DNA of 63,422 nt, counting the filler, from Octopus bimaculoides (lineage: Eukaryota): the NCBI RefSeq assembly GCF_001194135.2. It is 4 parts of 4 records of this genome, joined end to end, with 100 filler letters (N's around TTAATTAATTAA, not from the genome) between each part and the next. Parts side by side here need not be neighbours in the genome. Positions count along the whole stretch, not along the records: positions 1 to 25,376 come from NC_068987.1; 3 more parts are not named here. One strand, given 5' to 3'. Within the stretch, counting starts at the first letter, position 1. Each line of letters opens with the position of its first letter. Shown one piece after another: positions 1 to 10,810 of this stretch. The notes beneath the pieces were generated by a model. It did not search any database. It was given only the letters and a program-made list of their open reading frames with translations, and was not told the DNA's origin. The position numbers and the translations under genes are program-made.

Positions 1-41
<41 letters not shown>

Positions 42-50
42 GTGTGTATA

Positions 51-253
51 TGTTTGTGTGTCTGTGTTTGTCCCACCAACATCGCTTGACAACCGATGCT
101 GGTGTGTTTATGTCCCCGTAATGTAGCGGTTCGGCAAAAGACACCAATAGAATAAGTACTAGGCTTACAAAGAATAAGCTCTTGGGTTAATTTGCTCGAC
201 TAAAGGCGGTGCTCCAGCATGGCTGCAGTTAAATGACTGAAACAAGCAAAAGA
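51..253 (+). mobile_element. 3' half of the bipartite tRNA-derived SINE (5' half lies outside the window)
   Basis: Matches the post-microsatellite half of the copy at 59355-59690 (gtttgtccc..gcttgacaaccgatg..ggtgctccagcatggc..tgactgaaacaag..aaaaga). Confidence 0.85.
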
Positions 254-673
254 ATATATATATATACATACACATTAAACATATCTATGTGTTAATAGGT
301 GTGTGTGTGTGTGTATGTGTGTGTGTGTGAGTGCATGCATGCATGTTTGTGTGTGCTGTATACATGTTTCCTCGTCTTGACACCATGCCATGCTTATGAA
401 TGCATATCACTGCCATACAAGTAGTGATTACTATTTCCAGTTTTCTTTGCAAAAATACTCTGCCCATGTTTGTAAACAGGTGACAGTTGGCAGGACGTTT
501 GGTCATAGCAACATCTGCCTCAGCAGGTTCCAACTCTCCCATGCAAGCCTGGAAAAGTTGAAGATAAAGTGATGATAATGGTGATGATGAAGAGGAGAAG
601 GAGGAATATGATGATGCTGCTGCAGGTGATGATAATGAGTGTATATATGCACATATAAATGTATACTTGTGTA

Positions 674-750
<77 letters not shown>

Positions 751-753
<3 letters not shown>

Positions 754-939
754 GGGAGAATTCACAAAAAAAAACAACAGACAAAGGCAGGTGGTGTAGA
801 AAACAAATAGATGTATTAGTATAACGCTCGGGAATTGAGAAAGTCTTTAATGTTTCGAGCCTACACTCTTCTACAGAAAAGAACACGGAAAGAAACAAGG
901 AGAGAAAAAAATGTGTGTAGTGGTCAGCGATCTATCATG
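751..939 (-). mobile_element. Short TA-flanked repeat, Penelope-tail-like, carrying a hammerhead-like motif
   Basis: A second, truncated copy lies at 40253-40372. Minus strand reads CTGTAGA-A-GAGT-GTAG-GCTC-GAAAC. The Penelope assignment is inference. Confidence 0.55.
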
Positions 940-1194
940 TGTAGATGTATGTGTATACAGACATGCACCCACCCACCCACACACACACACATACATTTTA
1001 AGCTTTTGCCTAGACACTGTGATAGTAATAACTCAGTGTGAGAACTCAATATACATAAGCTGCACGATTAAGTATTAAATAAGTACAGAGTGTAATAAGA
1101 AATTAAATAAGTGACAAGGGAACAGAAATCAAGTAACCAACTTCATCCAGCTGTAGAAACCTTGCAAGAACAGATTGGAGCCTGGGGCAGCCTT

Positions 1195-1610
1195 CTGAGA
1201 TTTACAGCATTGAGGCCTGCATCCTCGATTGTCTTCTCTGCTGGGCTGGTCATGTGATTTGGATGCCAGATCACTGACTCCCAAAGATGTTCCTCTTCAG
1301 CAAGATTGAAACTGGAAGTAGGCTTCACAGATGTCCAAAGTTTCATTTTCGTGATCATCTCAAGTGGTCCCTTGTTTTATGCAGTGTCTCTCCCAATCAG
1401 TTGAAGCCCTTGGCTATTAATCAAAAGACATGGAGGTCCATGTATGAGGCTGGAGTAGAGTGCTTTAAAATTGAATGAAGGAGACAGCAAAAAGTGAGGA
1501 GACACCATCATTTACACCCCTGCGTTTGGGGTCACTTATAGCGTCCTCAGTGCCCTATGATCTGCTTATTGGGTCTTGTCAGTCACAGACACTCTGATGA
1601 GAAACAATGT
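1195..1610 (+). pseudogene. Degenerate RTE-clade LINE ORF2 C-terminus
   Basis: Translates as SIEACILDCLLCWAGHVIWMPDH*LPK...RDHLKWSL...KTWRS, with a decayed terminal C2H2 (..LGLVSHRH). This follows the RTE ORF2 end pattern LRWAGHV.RM...LPK; contains in-frame stops. Confidence 0.8.
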
Positions 1611-1694
1611 GCTGGAGGTAGAAAAGGATGAATGTCTTGGATCAATGCTCTTATCAACTTTGATGGTTTGTCATAAGCTAAAAGAAGTACTATA

Positions 1695-1910
1695 TGAGGG
1701 AGGGCTAAAAAGTTCCTGGCCTTAAGGGAATCATGAAAAGCCTGGCTGAAGACCCAACCTTCTGAGTTCTTTTACAGGGCTTAGAAAAACTGAAGGACTG
1801 CTGCAATAAGTGTGTGAACCTGAGAGGGGAATATGTTGAATAAAATCATGATTAATTGCTCCCTCTGTATTTTCTTTTACCCAAAGTCAGAAACTTTTCA
1901 GCACCACCTT
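1695..1910 (+). mobile_element. Non-autonomous mariner-derived MITE
   Basis: TA-flanked imperfect TIRs (tgagggagggctaaaaagttcctg / cagaaacttttcagcaccacct). The interior encodes a mariner-like C-terminus (GLEKLKDCCNKCVNLR..YVE*). Confidence 0.7.
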
Positions 1911-2499
1911 ATGTGTGTATGTGTGTGTATATATATATATAAATGTATACACATGCGTGCACACACATACACATATGCACACAAACACATGTATAAAAGA
2001 TTACAAACTATCAATTATGCGTTTGTTACTCTGAGTTTGATGTCTTTATTAATGATCAATTAATTAGACATTCATGAGATTTGTTTATTTAACATAAATT
2101 TTACATTTACACAATATAAGAATTAAATAAAAATACAACTTCCATTCAGTTATAATGGGAAAAGTCTGTTATCTCTAAGCAGATAAGTAAATCTTAAAAG
2201 ATAAAAAATAAGTTAGAAATCTTAACAGATAAATAAAGCTGGAGAGATAGAAATAAGTTATTTCCTTTTAAACATTACAGCACTAAGGGAATGAAAATAA
2301 TAGAAAGACATAGATTAAAAAGTAGGAATAAAACAGAAAGAATATAAGACTAGAAAACAATCTAAAGTGGGGAAGAAAGAAAAGAAGGAGAAAAAGTAAT
2401 ATAGAGAAGGAATCTATAAGGTGAATACACATGCACATACAAACACATATGTATGTTAATTAATAAGTAGTTGTATAAAGGAAAATTATATACTTCTGC

Positions 2500-2870
2500 A
2501 ATGTGGTGAGGTAGCACTTAGTGGATCTGTCTAGTCTAATATTGGTGGTAAGATTTAGTATAAAAATAAATGCTTATCAGAGTGTCTGTATTTCACAAAT
2601 AGTTCAGATCCTGCATTTAAGTCGTTGTCAAAATTATGTAGGTCTTTTCAAAGGCTGAGGTAATGATCACACTTTCCTTGTTAAAGTTTGTTGTTAAATT
2701 TAGGCAAAAATCTAGAAAGTTAACTGTTGTAACAATCGTTATTCTTCGATTTAAACTATTGAATACAGTCTCTCCACATTGTGCCCACTGATGTACATGT
2801 ACATGACTAACCAATTGTCTCTATACAGACCAAAGTCTATCCAGATTAGAATTTTGCTTACTGCATCTAA
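2500..2870 (-). pseudogene. Penelope-like element reverse transcriptase remnant
   Basis: Minus strand DFGLYRDNWLV...ISGHNVERL then, after a frameshift, ITIVTTVNFLDFCLNLTT. These match the PLE RT motifs GLYRDDGL and ITIE...VNFLDVTLNL. Confidence 0.7.
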
Positions 2871-3489
2871 TGTTTATATACATACACATATTCAACATGC
2901 CCTATACAAAACAATATATATTTCTACGTTACACACACTTTCTTGCCTTCCTCCTCACTCTTTCTTTCTTCTATGTATTTAACTTACTGAAGAAGTGATT
3001 AAGCTTGGAATTCCAAAGATATTTCTAACTTCTAATCTTTCATTGAGTGCCAAACTACTAATCTCACCTTTGTCATTACTTTTCAGCACTCACAATTAAA
3101 CTTTATTGATGTTTCTTGTACTGGTTAATGGAAACAATGCTAATATCACAATGCTAACATCTCAGTACCAGGATACAATTAGCACACAACAAGCATGTCA
3201 TGACAGCAAATCTGATCATGTAGAACACTAACATTCTAAAAGTTACGTTCTTACAGGAAAATATGTGCCAATATAATGCATCCACAATAAAAAAGGTAGC
3301 ACAGAAGCCAAAACTCACTCCATATCCTAAAGATGTGGCTGAGATAGCTTGGAAACATTAATAAAGATGTAGTTGGGAACATTATTGCTTGAACTGAGCT
3401 ATAAAGGTATGGTACATAAATACGAGAAAACTTTGATAATAGAGATTAAATATTTTACTGGAACTTTCTACATAATATCAAATTCTATG

Positions 3490-4060
3490 GAAAATTGGAT
3501 CAAGCAATAATAGAAGAATACTGAAGAATCTGTGCCATTTTTATCTAAAATAATTGAAGAAGATTCATATTTTTTAAAACAAATATTTAATACTGATGGA
3601 ACTGGTCTATTCTGGAAGAAAATGCCAAAGAGAATTCTTATACCAGGACCAGAAGAAACGGAGGAGTCAAAGTACTTGAAGATTGAATCTCACCATTATT
3701 ATGCTGTAATGAATTTGGTGACTGTTCTCTGACCTGCTATTAATTAACAGGGATCTTAGTCCACATGCAATGAGAAGATTGAATAAAAATACCCTTCCAG
3801 TTCGTTGGCATGTGAATAAAATTCATGGATGGCTGCTGCAATATTCATAAATTGGTTTTATCAAAATTTTATTTCTGAGTCAGAAATTTATACGATAGAA
3901 AATACTATTGGCTTCAAAATGTTTGCAATAATTGATAATGCTTCATCATATCTGAGTGATTTAGAATACCCTAATGTTAAAGCTCTGTTCATACCACCCA
4001 AATGATACTACCTCACTTATTCAATCATTAAAGCAAGGCATAATCGGTAATTTTTTGACA
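3490..4060 (+). pseudogene. pogo/Tigger DDE transposase remnant
   Basis: IIEEDSYFLKQIFNTDGTGLFWKKMPKR ... WMAAAIFINWF ... IIDNASSY ... NVKALFIPP. These are Tigger motifs (FNADETGLFWKKMP, LDNAPGH, FLPPN), with stops and frameshifts. Confidence 0.85.
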
Positions 4061-4299
4061 AATTAGGTGAAATCATCCAATATTTTTCCTCTGAAAAATA
4101 TTGGATGTTTTGGGGAAAAAAATAGCTTACTGTTCAAAATTAATGAAAAATATTAATATACTTTGTTGTGCATAGATAATTGCAACAGTAATTCATGAAA
4201 TTAAGAGAAGCACCATATAATGCTTATTAATGCACATTGCTTTTAATTAATCCTGCATTATCTAAAAAATTCAAGATTTCAATGATGCGATCATGAAAA

Positions 4300-5090
4300 C
4301 TGCTGGAGCTGCATAAAAAGTACCAGTGCTGGTGTCACATAAAAAGTACTGGTGCTGATACTATGTAAAACATACTAGTGTTGTGCCATGTAAAATGCAA
4401 TGGTGCTGGTGCCACGTAACAAGCACCTAATTCACTCAGTTAAGTGGTTGGCATTAGAAATGGCATCCAGTAGTAAAAACCAAAATAGACAGACCAAGGA
4501 AAACCTGAGATGAGGTGGTGAAGCACGACATTGAAATGTTGGGCCTCATGGAGGCAATGACGAGCGACTGAGACCTTTGGAGATATGCTGTGCTTGAGAA
4601 GACCCGGCAAGCCAAGTGAGACTGTAACTGTGACCTATGCCAGTGTAGCATAACTGGCCTATTTAAGAGTACCCTTCAATCATTGGGCAATGAACTGTGC
4701 TTGAGAAGACCTGTTGAGTCAAGTGAAATCATTGTCATGGCCGATGCCAGAACTACCTGACTAGCATCTGTGCTGGTGGCACGTAAAAAGCACCATTCAA
4801 GCGTGGTTGTTGCCAGTACTGCCTGACTGGCTTTCATGTCACTGGCACATAAAACGCACCATTCGAGCATGGTCATTGCCAGTGCTGCCTGACTGGCTCA
4901 CGTGCCGGTGGCAGATAAAAAGCACCCACTACACTTTTGGAGTGGTTGGCAATAGGAAGGGCATCCAGCTGTAGAAACCTTCCCAGATCAGATTAAAGCC
5001 CACTGCAGCCTTCTGGCTTGCCAGTCCTCAGTCAAACCATCCGGCCCATGCCAGCATGGAAGACGGACGTTAAACGATGATGATGATGAT
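4300..5090 (+). mobile_element. 5'-truncated RTE-type LINE: ORF2 end, structured 3'UTR and (GAT)n tail
   Basis: About 4485-4618 encodes RPRKT*DEVVKHDIEMLGLMEAMTSD*DLWRYAVLEKTRQAK* (RTE-like C-terminus). Tandem ~66-bp UTR units follow, then the terminus gacgttaaacgatgatgat seen in many copies. Confidence 0.8.
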
Positions 5091-5545
5091 AACTTTAGGG
5101 TACGTGTGATGGGTAGAACTAGCTAGGATGAACATAAAATAGGTAGGTTATTTGGGCCAGATATGGGTAGTTTGAATATTAATGGGTTGGGGATTTTTTC
5201 TTAATGCATGTACAAAAACCATTTTGACTGGTCCTGGTGGTAATGATACAAGAAGGGGAAAATAGCTGAACACAGACAAAGTTACGATCATCTGCACAAT
5301 AAGTGTGGATGGCTTTCATGTTCATGAAATAAAAGTATTTTTTGTTTTTGTTGTGGAACAAGAGTTGCACAAAGATTTTGCTGACATAGGTGTGGTTAAT
5401 AAGCTCAATTTACAATCAGGTGGTTGGGGGTCCGGTTCAACTGAGCAGCAATTTTTGCAAGTGTCTTCTAATATAATTCCAGGCCAACCAATGCCTTATG
5501 AGTATATTTGATAGACAGACGTTGTGTGGAAACTCATCATATACA

Positions 5546-5629
<84 letters not shown>

Positions 5630-5632
<3 letters not shown>

Positions 5633-6027
5633 GGCTTCCATGATAGTGGCCTGTAAATAGCACCATTTGAGTGTAATCGTTACCAGCGTTGCCTTCTAGC
5701 ACTTGTGCTGGTGGCATGTTAAAAAATCATTTGAGCGAAGTCATTGCCAGTGCCGCTGGACTGGCTCCCATGCAGGTGGCATGTAAAAAACACCTTTTTG
5801 AGCGTAGCCGTTGCCAGTCCTGTGTGACTGGCCCTTGTGCTGGTGGCACGTAAAAGCACCTACTACACTCTCAGAGTGGTTGGCATTAGGAAGGGCATCC
5901 AGCTGTAGAAACTCTGCCAGATCAGATTGGAGCCTGGTGCAGCCTTCTGGCTTGCCAGTCCTCAGTCAAATCGTCCAACCCATGCTAGCAAGGAAAGCGG
6001 ACGTTAAACGATGATGATGATGATGAT
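5630..6027 (+). mobile_element. RTE-type LINE 3'UTR fragment
   Basis: Same UTR units and terminus (gcggacgttaaacgatgatgatg) as 4300-5090. Confidence 0.85.
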
Positions 6028-6060
6028 ATATACACACACACACACACACACATCTATCTA

Positions 6061-6110
<50 letters not shown>

Positions 6111-6120
6111 TCTATCTATC

Positions 6121-6151
<31 letters not shown>

Positions 6152-6302
6152 ACATATATATAGTCACAATGAGGATATTTAAACCTCTTATAGGGATATT
6201 TTTACCCAAGATACACTAGTTTAATATATTGTATTTTGGAGAGATATTTCTTCTATGAATATATGATATATGAAATATCATAAAATATTAAATAATATTA
6301 TT

Positions 6303-6564
6303 AAGTTAAAAAACAGAGAGATCTAATGGATACAAATTAATTAATTAATTAATTAATTAATTAACATATTCATCTACAACTGTTTCATTTCATAAACAAA
6401 ATTAAAATTACAAAACATATATAAATATATAATTTTGCATTTTAAATATATTGCATGGAAAATCACCAGGTAAAAAAAAAAAGAATTACATTATGATCTG
6501 TTTGAATATGTTAATAAATTAATAAATTTATTTGTATCCATTAGATCTCTCAGTTTTCTAACTT
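6303..6564. mobile_element. AT-rich MITE with ~65-bp TIRs
   Basis: 6303-6372 (aagttaaaaaacagagagatctaatggatacaaat..aacatattca) is the reverse complement of 6503-6564, with few mismatches. Confidence 0.75.
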
Positions 6565-6587
6565 GATAATTATATGTATGTGTATGT

Positions 6588-6914
6588 ATGTATGTATATA
6601 TGAATGTGTGCACAGTCTGTGACAGACCATGCCTGTCTTTGGCTGGCCTCAAATCTCATCTGCGAATGCATGGAATACGAACCTCCACCAACTATTCTGC
6701 TAATATGTCTGTGCACACCTTTGAATGCCGTGTGTGCCAGAAGGTTTGCAAATCCATCGGAGGCCTCAAAAGACATGTTAAAATCCACAAAGAGCAGAAC
6801 TTATTTGCAGGTCTTGGCGGTCCAAATCAGAGGTGCAATCTATGTGGGTGTCAGTTCAGAACATTGTCTGGTTTAAAAAGCCACATCAGACGCCATGATG
6901 GTGGTAAGTTGTAG
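6588..6914 (+). CDS. Orphan ORF with three C2H2 zinc fingers (retroelement-type SxxGLxxH fingers); expression unknown
   Basis: CTVC..CLSLAGLKSHLRMH, CRVC..CKSIGGLKRHVKIH and CNLC..FRTLSGLKSHIRRH lie in one uninterrupted frame. No TGEKPY linkers. GTG|GTAAGT donor-like site at 6903/6904. Confidence 0.6.
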   Translation: MYVYMNVCTVCDRPCLSLAGLKSHLRMHGIRTSTNYSANMSVHTFECRVCQKVCKSIGGLKRHVKIHKEQNLFAGLGGPNQRCNLCGCQFRTLSGLKSHIRRHDGGKL

Positions 6915-6995
6915 GTACAGGAAGTGGTCAAACTCTGTATAAGGAGTAGACAACCACCATCTATGTATGTATGTATGTATGTATGTATGTATGTA

Positions 6996-7047
<52 letters not shown>

Positions 7048-7074
7048 GTATGCATATACATTTAACAACTAACT

Positions 7075-7370
7075 ACTGGCACTCTGTTGGTTGTGACGAT
7101 GCGTGTTCCAGTTGATCCAATCAATAGAACTTCCTGCTTGTGAAATTAACATGCAAGTGGCTGAGCACTCCACAGACATGTGTACCCTTAATCTAGTTCT
7201 CAGGGAGATTCAGCGAGATGCAAAGTGTGACAAGGCTGGTACTCAATTTCGCCAGCTGAGTGGACTAGAGCAACGTGAAATAGAGTGTCTTGCTCAAGGA
7301 CACAATGTGCCGATGGGAATTGAACTCCTGATCTAACGACTGTGAGCTGAATACCCTAAACATTAAGCCA
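7075..7370 (-). mobile_element. tRNA-derived SINE with central core domain
   Basis: A/B-box head near 7370, core gtgtccttgagcaagacact...ccactcagctg, and a 3' tail shared with the SINE at 47504-47880. Confidence 0.8.
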
Positions 7371-7619
7371 TACCTTCAATTATGTATGTATGTTTGTATG
7401 TACGTATGTATGTGTGTATGTATGTATGTATGTATGTCATTATTCAGCTTATCTCAAGATTTCTTACCAATAGAGAAAGAACCGGTTTTTAACCTAGATT
7501 CAAGGCTCCTTCATTCAAATTTCAACATTAACAACAAGGTATTTTTGTATGTATGTATGTATGAATGTATGTATGTTATGTTTTATGCATGTCTTTTCAG
7601 ACATATACCTGCATATCTA

Positions 7620-7804
7620 CAGGGTGTCTCTAAGGTCTGGGTACATGGAGTAAATAAAATAATAACATAAACAATTAAATATAAGAAATAATAATTTCTT
7701 AAAGTATGTGTTAATCCCCATGTGGATACATGGAGTAAATAAAATAATAACATAAACAATTAAATATAAGAAATAATAATTTCTTAAAGTATGTGGACAC
7801 CCTG
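7620..7804. mobile_element. Tc1/mariner-type MITE with internal ~69-bp direct duplication
   Basis: TA|CAGGGTGTC...GACACCCTG termini. Internal repeat starts at 7642 and 7727 (period 85). Confidence 0.65.
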
Positions 7805-7823
7805 GAGATATGTTCATATATAC

Positions 7824-7943
7824 TTAAATGATAAACTTCTGGAAAGTTTTACAGATTTTTACAGTTCCAGTGATGGATTGGATCTGTAGTCTTCGAATCA
7901 GCTTTCTCCTTTCTGATTTGGCAAAAGAGAACCAATTGAATAA
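7824..7943 (-). CDS. Candidate terminal coding exon of an unidentified host gene (LFNWFSFAKSERRKLIRRLQIQSITGTVKICKTFQKFII*)
   Basis: Long poly-T tract then aatctagtag| acceptor; 40 codons in phase 0 ending in TAA; non-repetitive sequence in the CpG-depleted segment. No homolog recognised. Confidence 0.45.
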   Translation of the reverse strand, partial: LFNWFSFAKSERRKLIRRLQIQSITGTVKICKTFQKFII

Positions 7944-8689
7944 CTACTAGATTAAAAAAAAAAAAAGAAAGCAGCAAGGTGCGATTTTTACAACTCAATC
8001 CTTCAAGGCAGGTGCTCCAGCATGGCCGCAGTCCAATGATTGAGAGAAGTAAAAGAAAAAAGATAGTCACTATGATTCCTAATGACAAAGGTAAGTCTGA
8101 CTGTTAAAGAAACAGTCTTGCAGAAATTATGAAATAAAGATTAGAAACAGCAAAAATTCTGGAAACATATTTCAGAATACCTGAGTGTGCGTGAGAGAGT
8201 GAGAGAGAGTGAGAGAGTGAGAGTGAGTGGGTTGGTGTGTGTGAGTAGATGTTGGTGGGAAGCATAGTGAATATAACATCTGGTTCAACTAAACGACAAT
8301 TGTTTTTCAAGAAATGGTTCTTCAGAAGGGTTTGCTGTCGAAGGTAGTATGCTGTAAACATCTTGTAAGACTTGGATGATAAAATTTACAGATGGATTTT
8401 GAACGGAAAATCATTATCAGGTAACCCTCTTTCAATTGCGGTCAATAAAAACATCGACATATTATTGCAAACAGCTGATCTGACTTGTAAACAAGCGACG
8501 AAAGAAAATGTAGTGAATCCATCCACCCATTCATACATACATATACACACATACATACATCCACACACACATACATACATACATACATGCATACACACAC
8601 ACACACATATATATAAATACATGCATACATACATATGTACACGTATGTAAGCACACACAAGTGGGTGCTCTGTAAATGCCCCTTCCAGA

Positions 8690-9720
8690 ATATATAACAT
8701 TGGTGAGACTCTGCTGACGGTAACCACGAAACTTACAGAATGGTAAATTATCTGACAGAGTATTTGTCATTAAGCTACTGGCACGAAAAGCTCATGTTCT
8801 ACAGGAAAATCTTCATGACCCTATTTAAAAAAAAAGACACATAAAAAAATAAAATGAAAAAATAAAAATAAACGCTGACTACACTTGGCCTCAGGAACAA
8901 AGAACTGTACATGGCCCTAAAACGAGCCAATAGCATGCATGAATGTTAAGTATAAAGTGTACATCAGTTGTCAGGATATGTTTATTATTTCTTTACTGCC
9001 CACAAGAGGGGCTACACACAGAGGGGACAGACAAATGGATTAAGTCGATTATATCGACCCCAGTGCATAACTGGTGCTTATTTAATCAACTCCGAAAGGA
9101 TGATAGGCAAAGTCAACCTTGGCGGAATATGAACTCAGAACGTAACGGCAAATGAAATACCACTAAGCATTTCGCCTGGCATGCTAACATTTCTACCAGC
9201 TTGCCGCCTTGTCAGGATATGTTTTTCCAAATCTACTGTAAAAAAAAAACGGTGCGATAACTGGTGAATGGGCAGAAGGAAAGAAAAGAATCTGTGGATG
9301 GGCTGAACAGCTTCTCATCAACAAAGTTCTCCTTAAAGAAGCTAAGCAACATCGCCGCAATTGCTTAACAATATGGCATACTACAAGGCCTTCGACTTAG
9401 TTTCTCACTCTTAGGTACGAGAATCACTACATCTTGCCAAAGCATCTACTGCCATAGTTAATGCCATTGAAAGACTGACCCAACGTTGTCCACACAGTTA
9501 TCACTAACAGCTACTGAAGTAATACTAAGTCACAAACGAAATTATCATCGGAAATATTGCAGGGTGGCAGTGTATCTTTAGTGTTGTTTGTACTGGCAGT
9601 GAACCCTTTCTCTCAGTCCTGTTAACGAAATGACAAAGCTACATGTTGGGATATGCAGAAAAAATGAAACTAATATCATCCATACGTTTTTTTTGGTGTG
9701 GCTTCCGAAAGGTTACCGAT
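8690..9720 (+). pseudogene. R4/Dong-like (RLE-class) non-LTR reverse transcriptase remnant
   Basis: YWHEKLMFYRK, KYKVYISC..F, GAITGEWAEGKK..W AEQLLINKVLLKEAKQHRRN, ILQGGSVSLVLFVLAVNPFS. These match R4-type EQLLINK and QGDSLSPLLF motifs; many frameshifts. Confidence 0.7.
8984..9208 (-). mobile_element. SINE (ggcggcgagctggcagaa-head family) inserted in the R4-like RT with a 16-bp TSD
   Basis: TSD ttgtcaggatatgttt at 8968-8983 and 9209-9224. Confidence 0.9.
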
Positions 9721-9869
9721 ATAAGTTTGGATTTTCTCAGTTTTGACGAGAATATCTGGCGCATACTTGGCTGCATCTACAAGGGCTCACATATGCGACA
9801 GACAAGCCTCCTGCTCTCAGTGGGCCAACTGTGCATCTGTACACTGACCCAGGTATTTCCACGTCCCCA

Positions 9870-10810
9870 CATTACATACATACACACCTACATACATACG
9901 TATATACACAATACATACATATATCAGACATACATACATACATAGAGACATACATACATACACAGATACATAATACATACATATATCAGACATACATACA
10001 TACATAGAGACATACATACATACACAGATACATAATACATCCATATATCAGACATACATACATACATAGAGACATACATACATACACAGATACATAATAC
10101 ATACATATATCAGACATACATACATACATAGAGACATACATACATACACAGATACATAATACATACATATATCAGACATACATACATACATAGAGACATN
10201 NNNNNNNNNNNNNNNNNNNNNNNNNNNNNNNNNNNNNNNNNNNNNNNNNNNNNNNNNNNNNNNNNNNNNNNNNNNNNNNNNNNNNNNNNNNNNNNNNNNN
10301 NNNNNNNNNNNNNNNNNNNNNNNNNNNNNNNNNNNNNNNNNNNNNNNNNNNNNNNNNNNNNNNNNNNNNNNNNNNNNNNNNNNNNNNNNNNNNNNNNNNN
10401 NNNNNNNNNNNNNNNNNNNNNNNNNNNNNNNNNNNNNNNNNNNNNNNNNNNNNNNNNNNNNNNNNNNNNNNNNNNNNNNNNNNNNNNNNNNNNNNNNNNN
10501 NNNNNNNNNNNNNNNNNNNNNNNNNNNNNNNNNNNNNNNNNNNNNNNNNNNACCTACATACATACGTATATACACAATACATACATATATCAGACATACA
10601 TACATACATAGAGACATACATACATACACAGATACATAATACATACATATATCAGACATACATACATACATAGAGACATACATACATACACAGATACATA
10701 ATACATCCATATATCAGACATACATACATACATAGAGACATACATACATACACAGATACATAATACATCCATATATCAGACATACATACATACATAGAGA
10801 CATACATACA
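9870..10810. repeat. 62-bp minisatellite built from (TACA)n, spanning a gap
   Basis: Unit acatatatcagacatacatacatacatagagacatacatacatacacagatacataatacat. The artefactual ORFs recur at 62-bp offsets (9924, 9986, 10048). Confidence 0.9.

Noticed and set aside
390-551. Minus-strand exon after a strong acceptor at 551
   Set aside because: No clear donor and no recognisable peptide, and it is flanked by low-complexity DNA; it cannot be supported.
1594-1605. CTGATGAGAAAC hammerhead core
   Set aside because: No stem II between the motifs; it lies at the end of an RTE remnant.
6336-6364. Another TTAATTAATTAA linker
   Set aside because: A natural (TAAT)n run inside a MITE arm, not flanked by N44 blocks.
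8688-8743. Plus-strand exon (IYNIGETLLTVTTKLTEW)
   Set aside because: Better explained as the start of the R4-like RT remnant.
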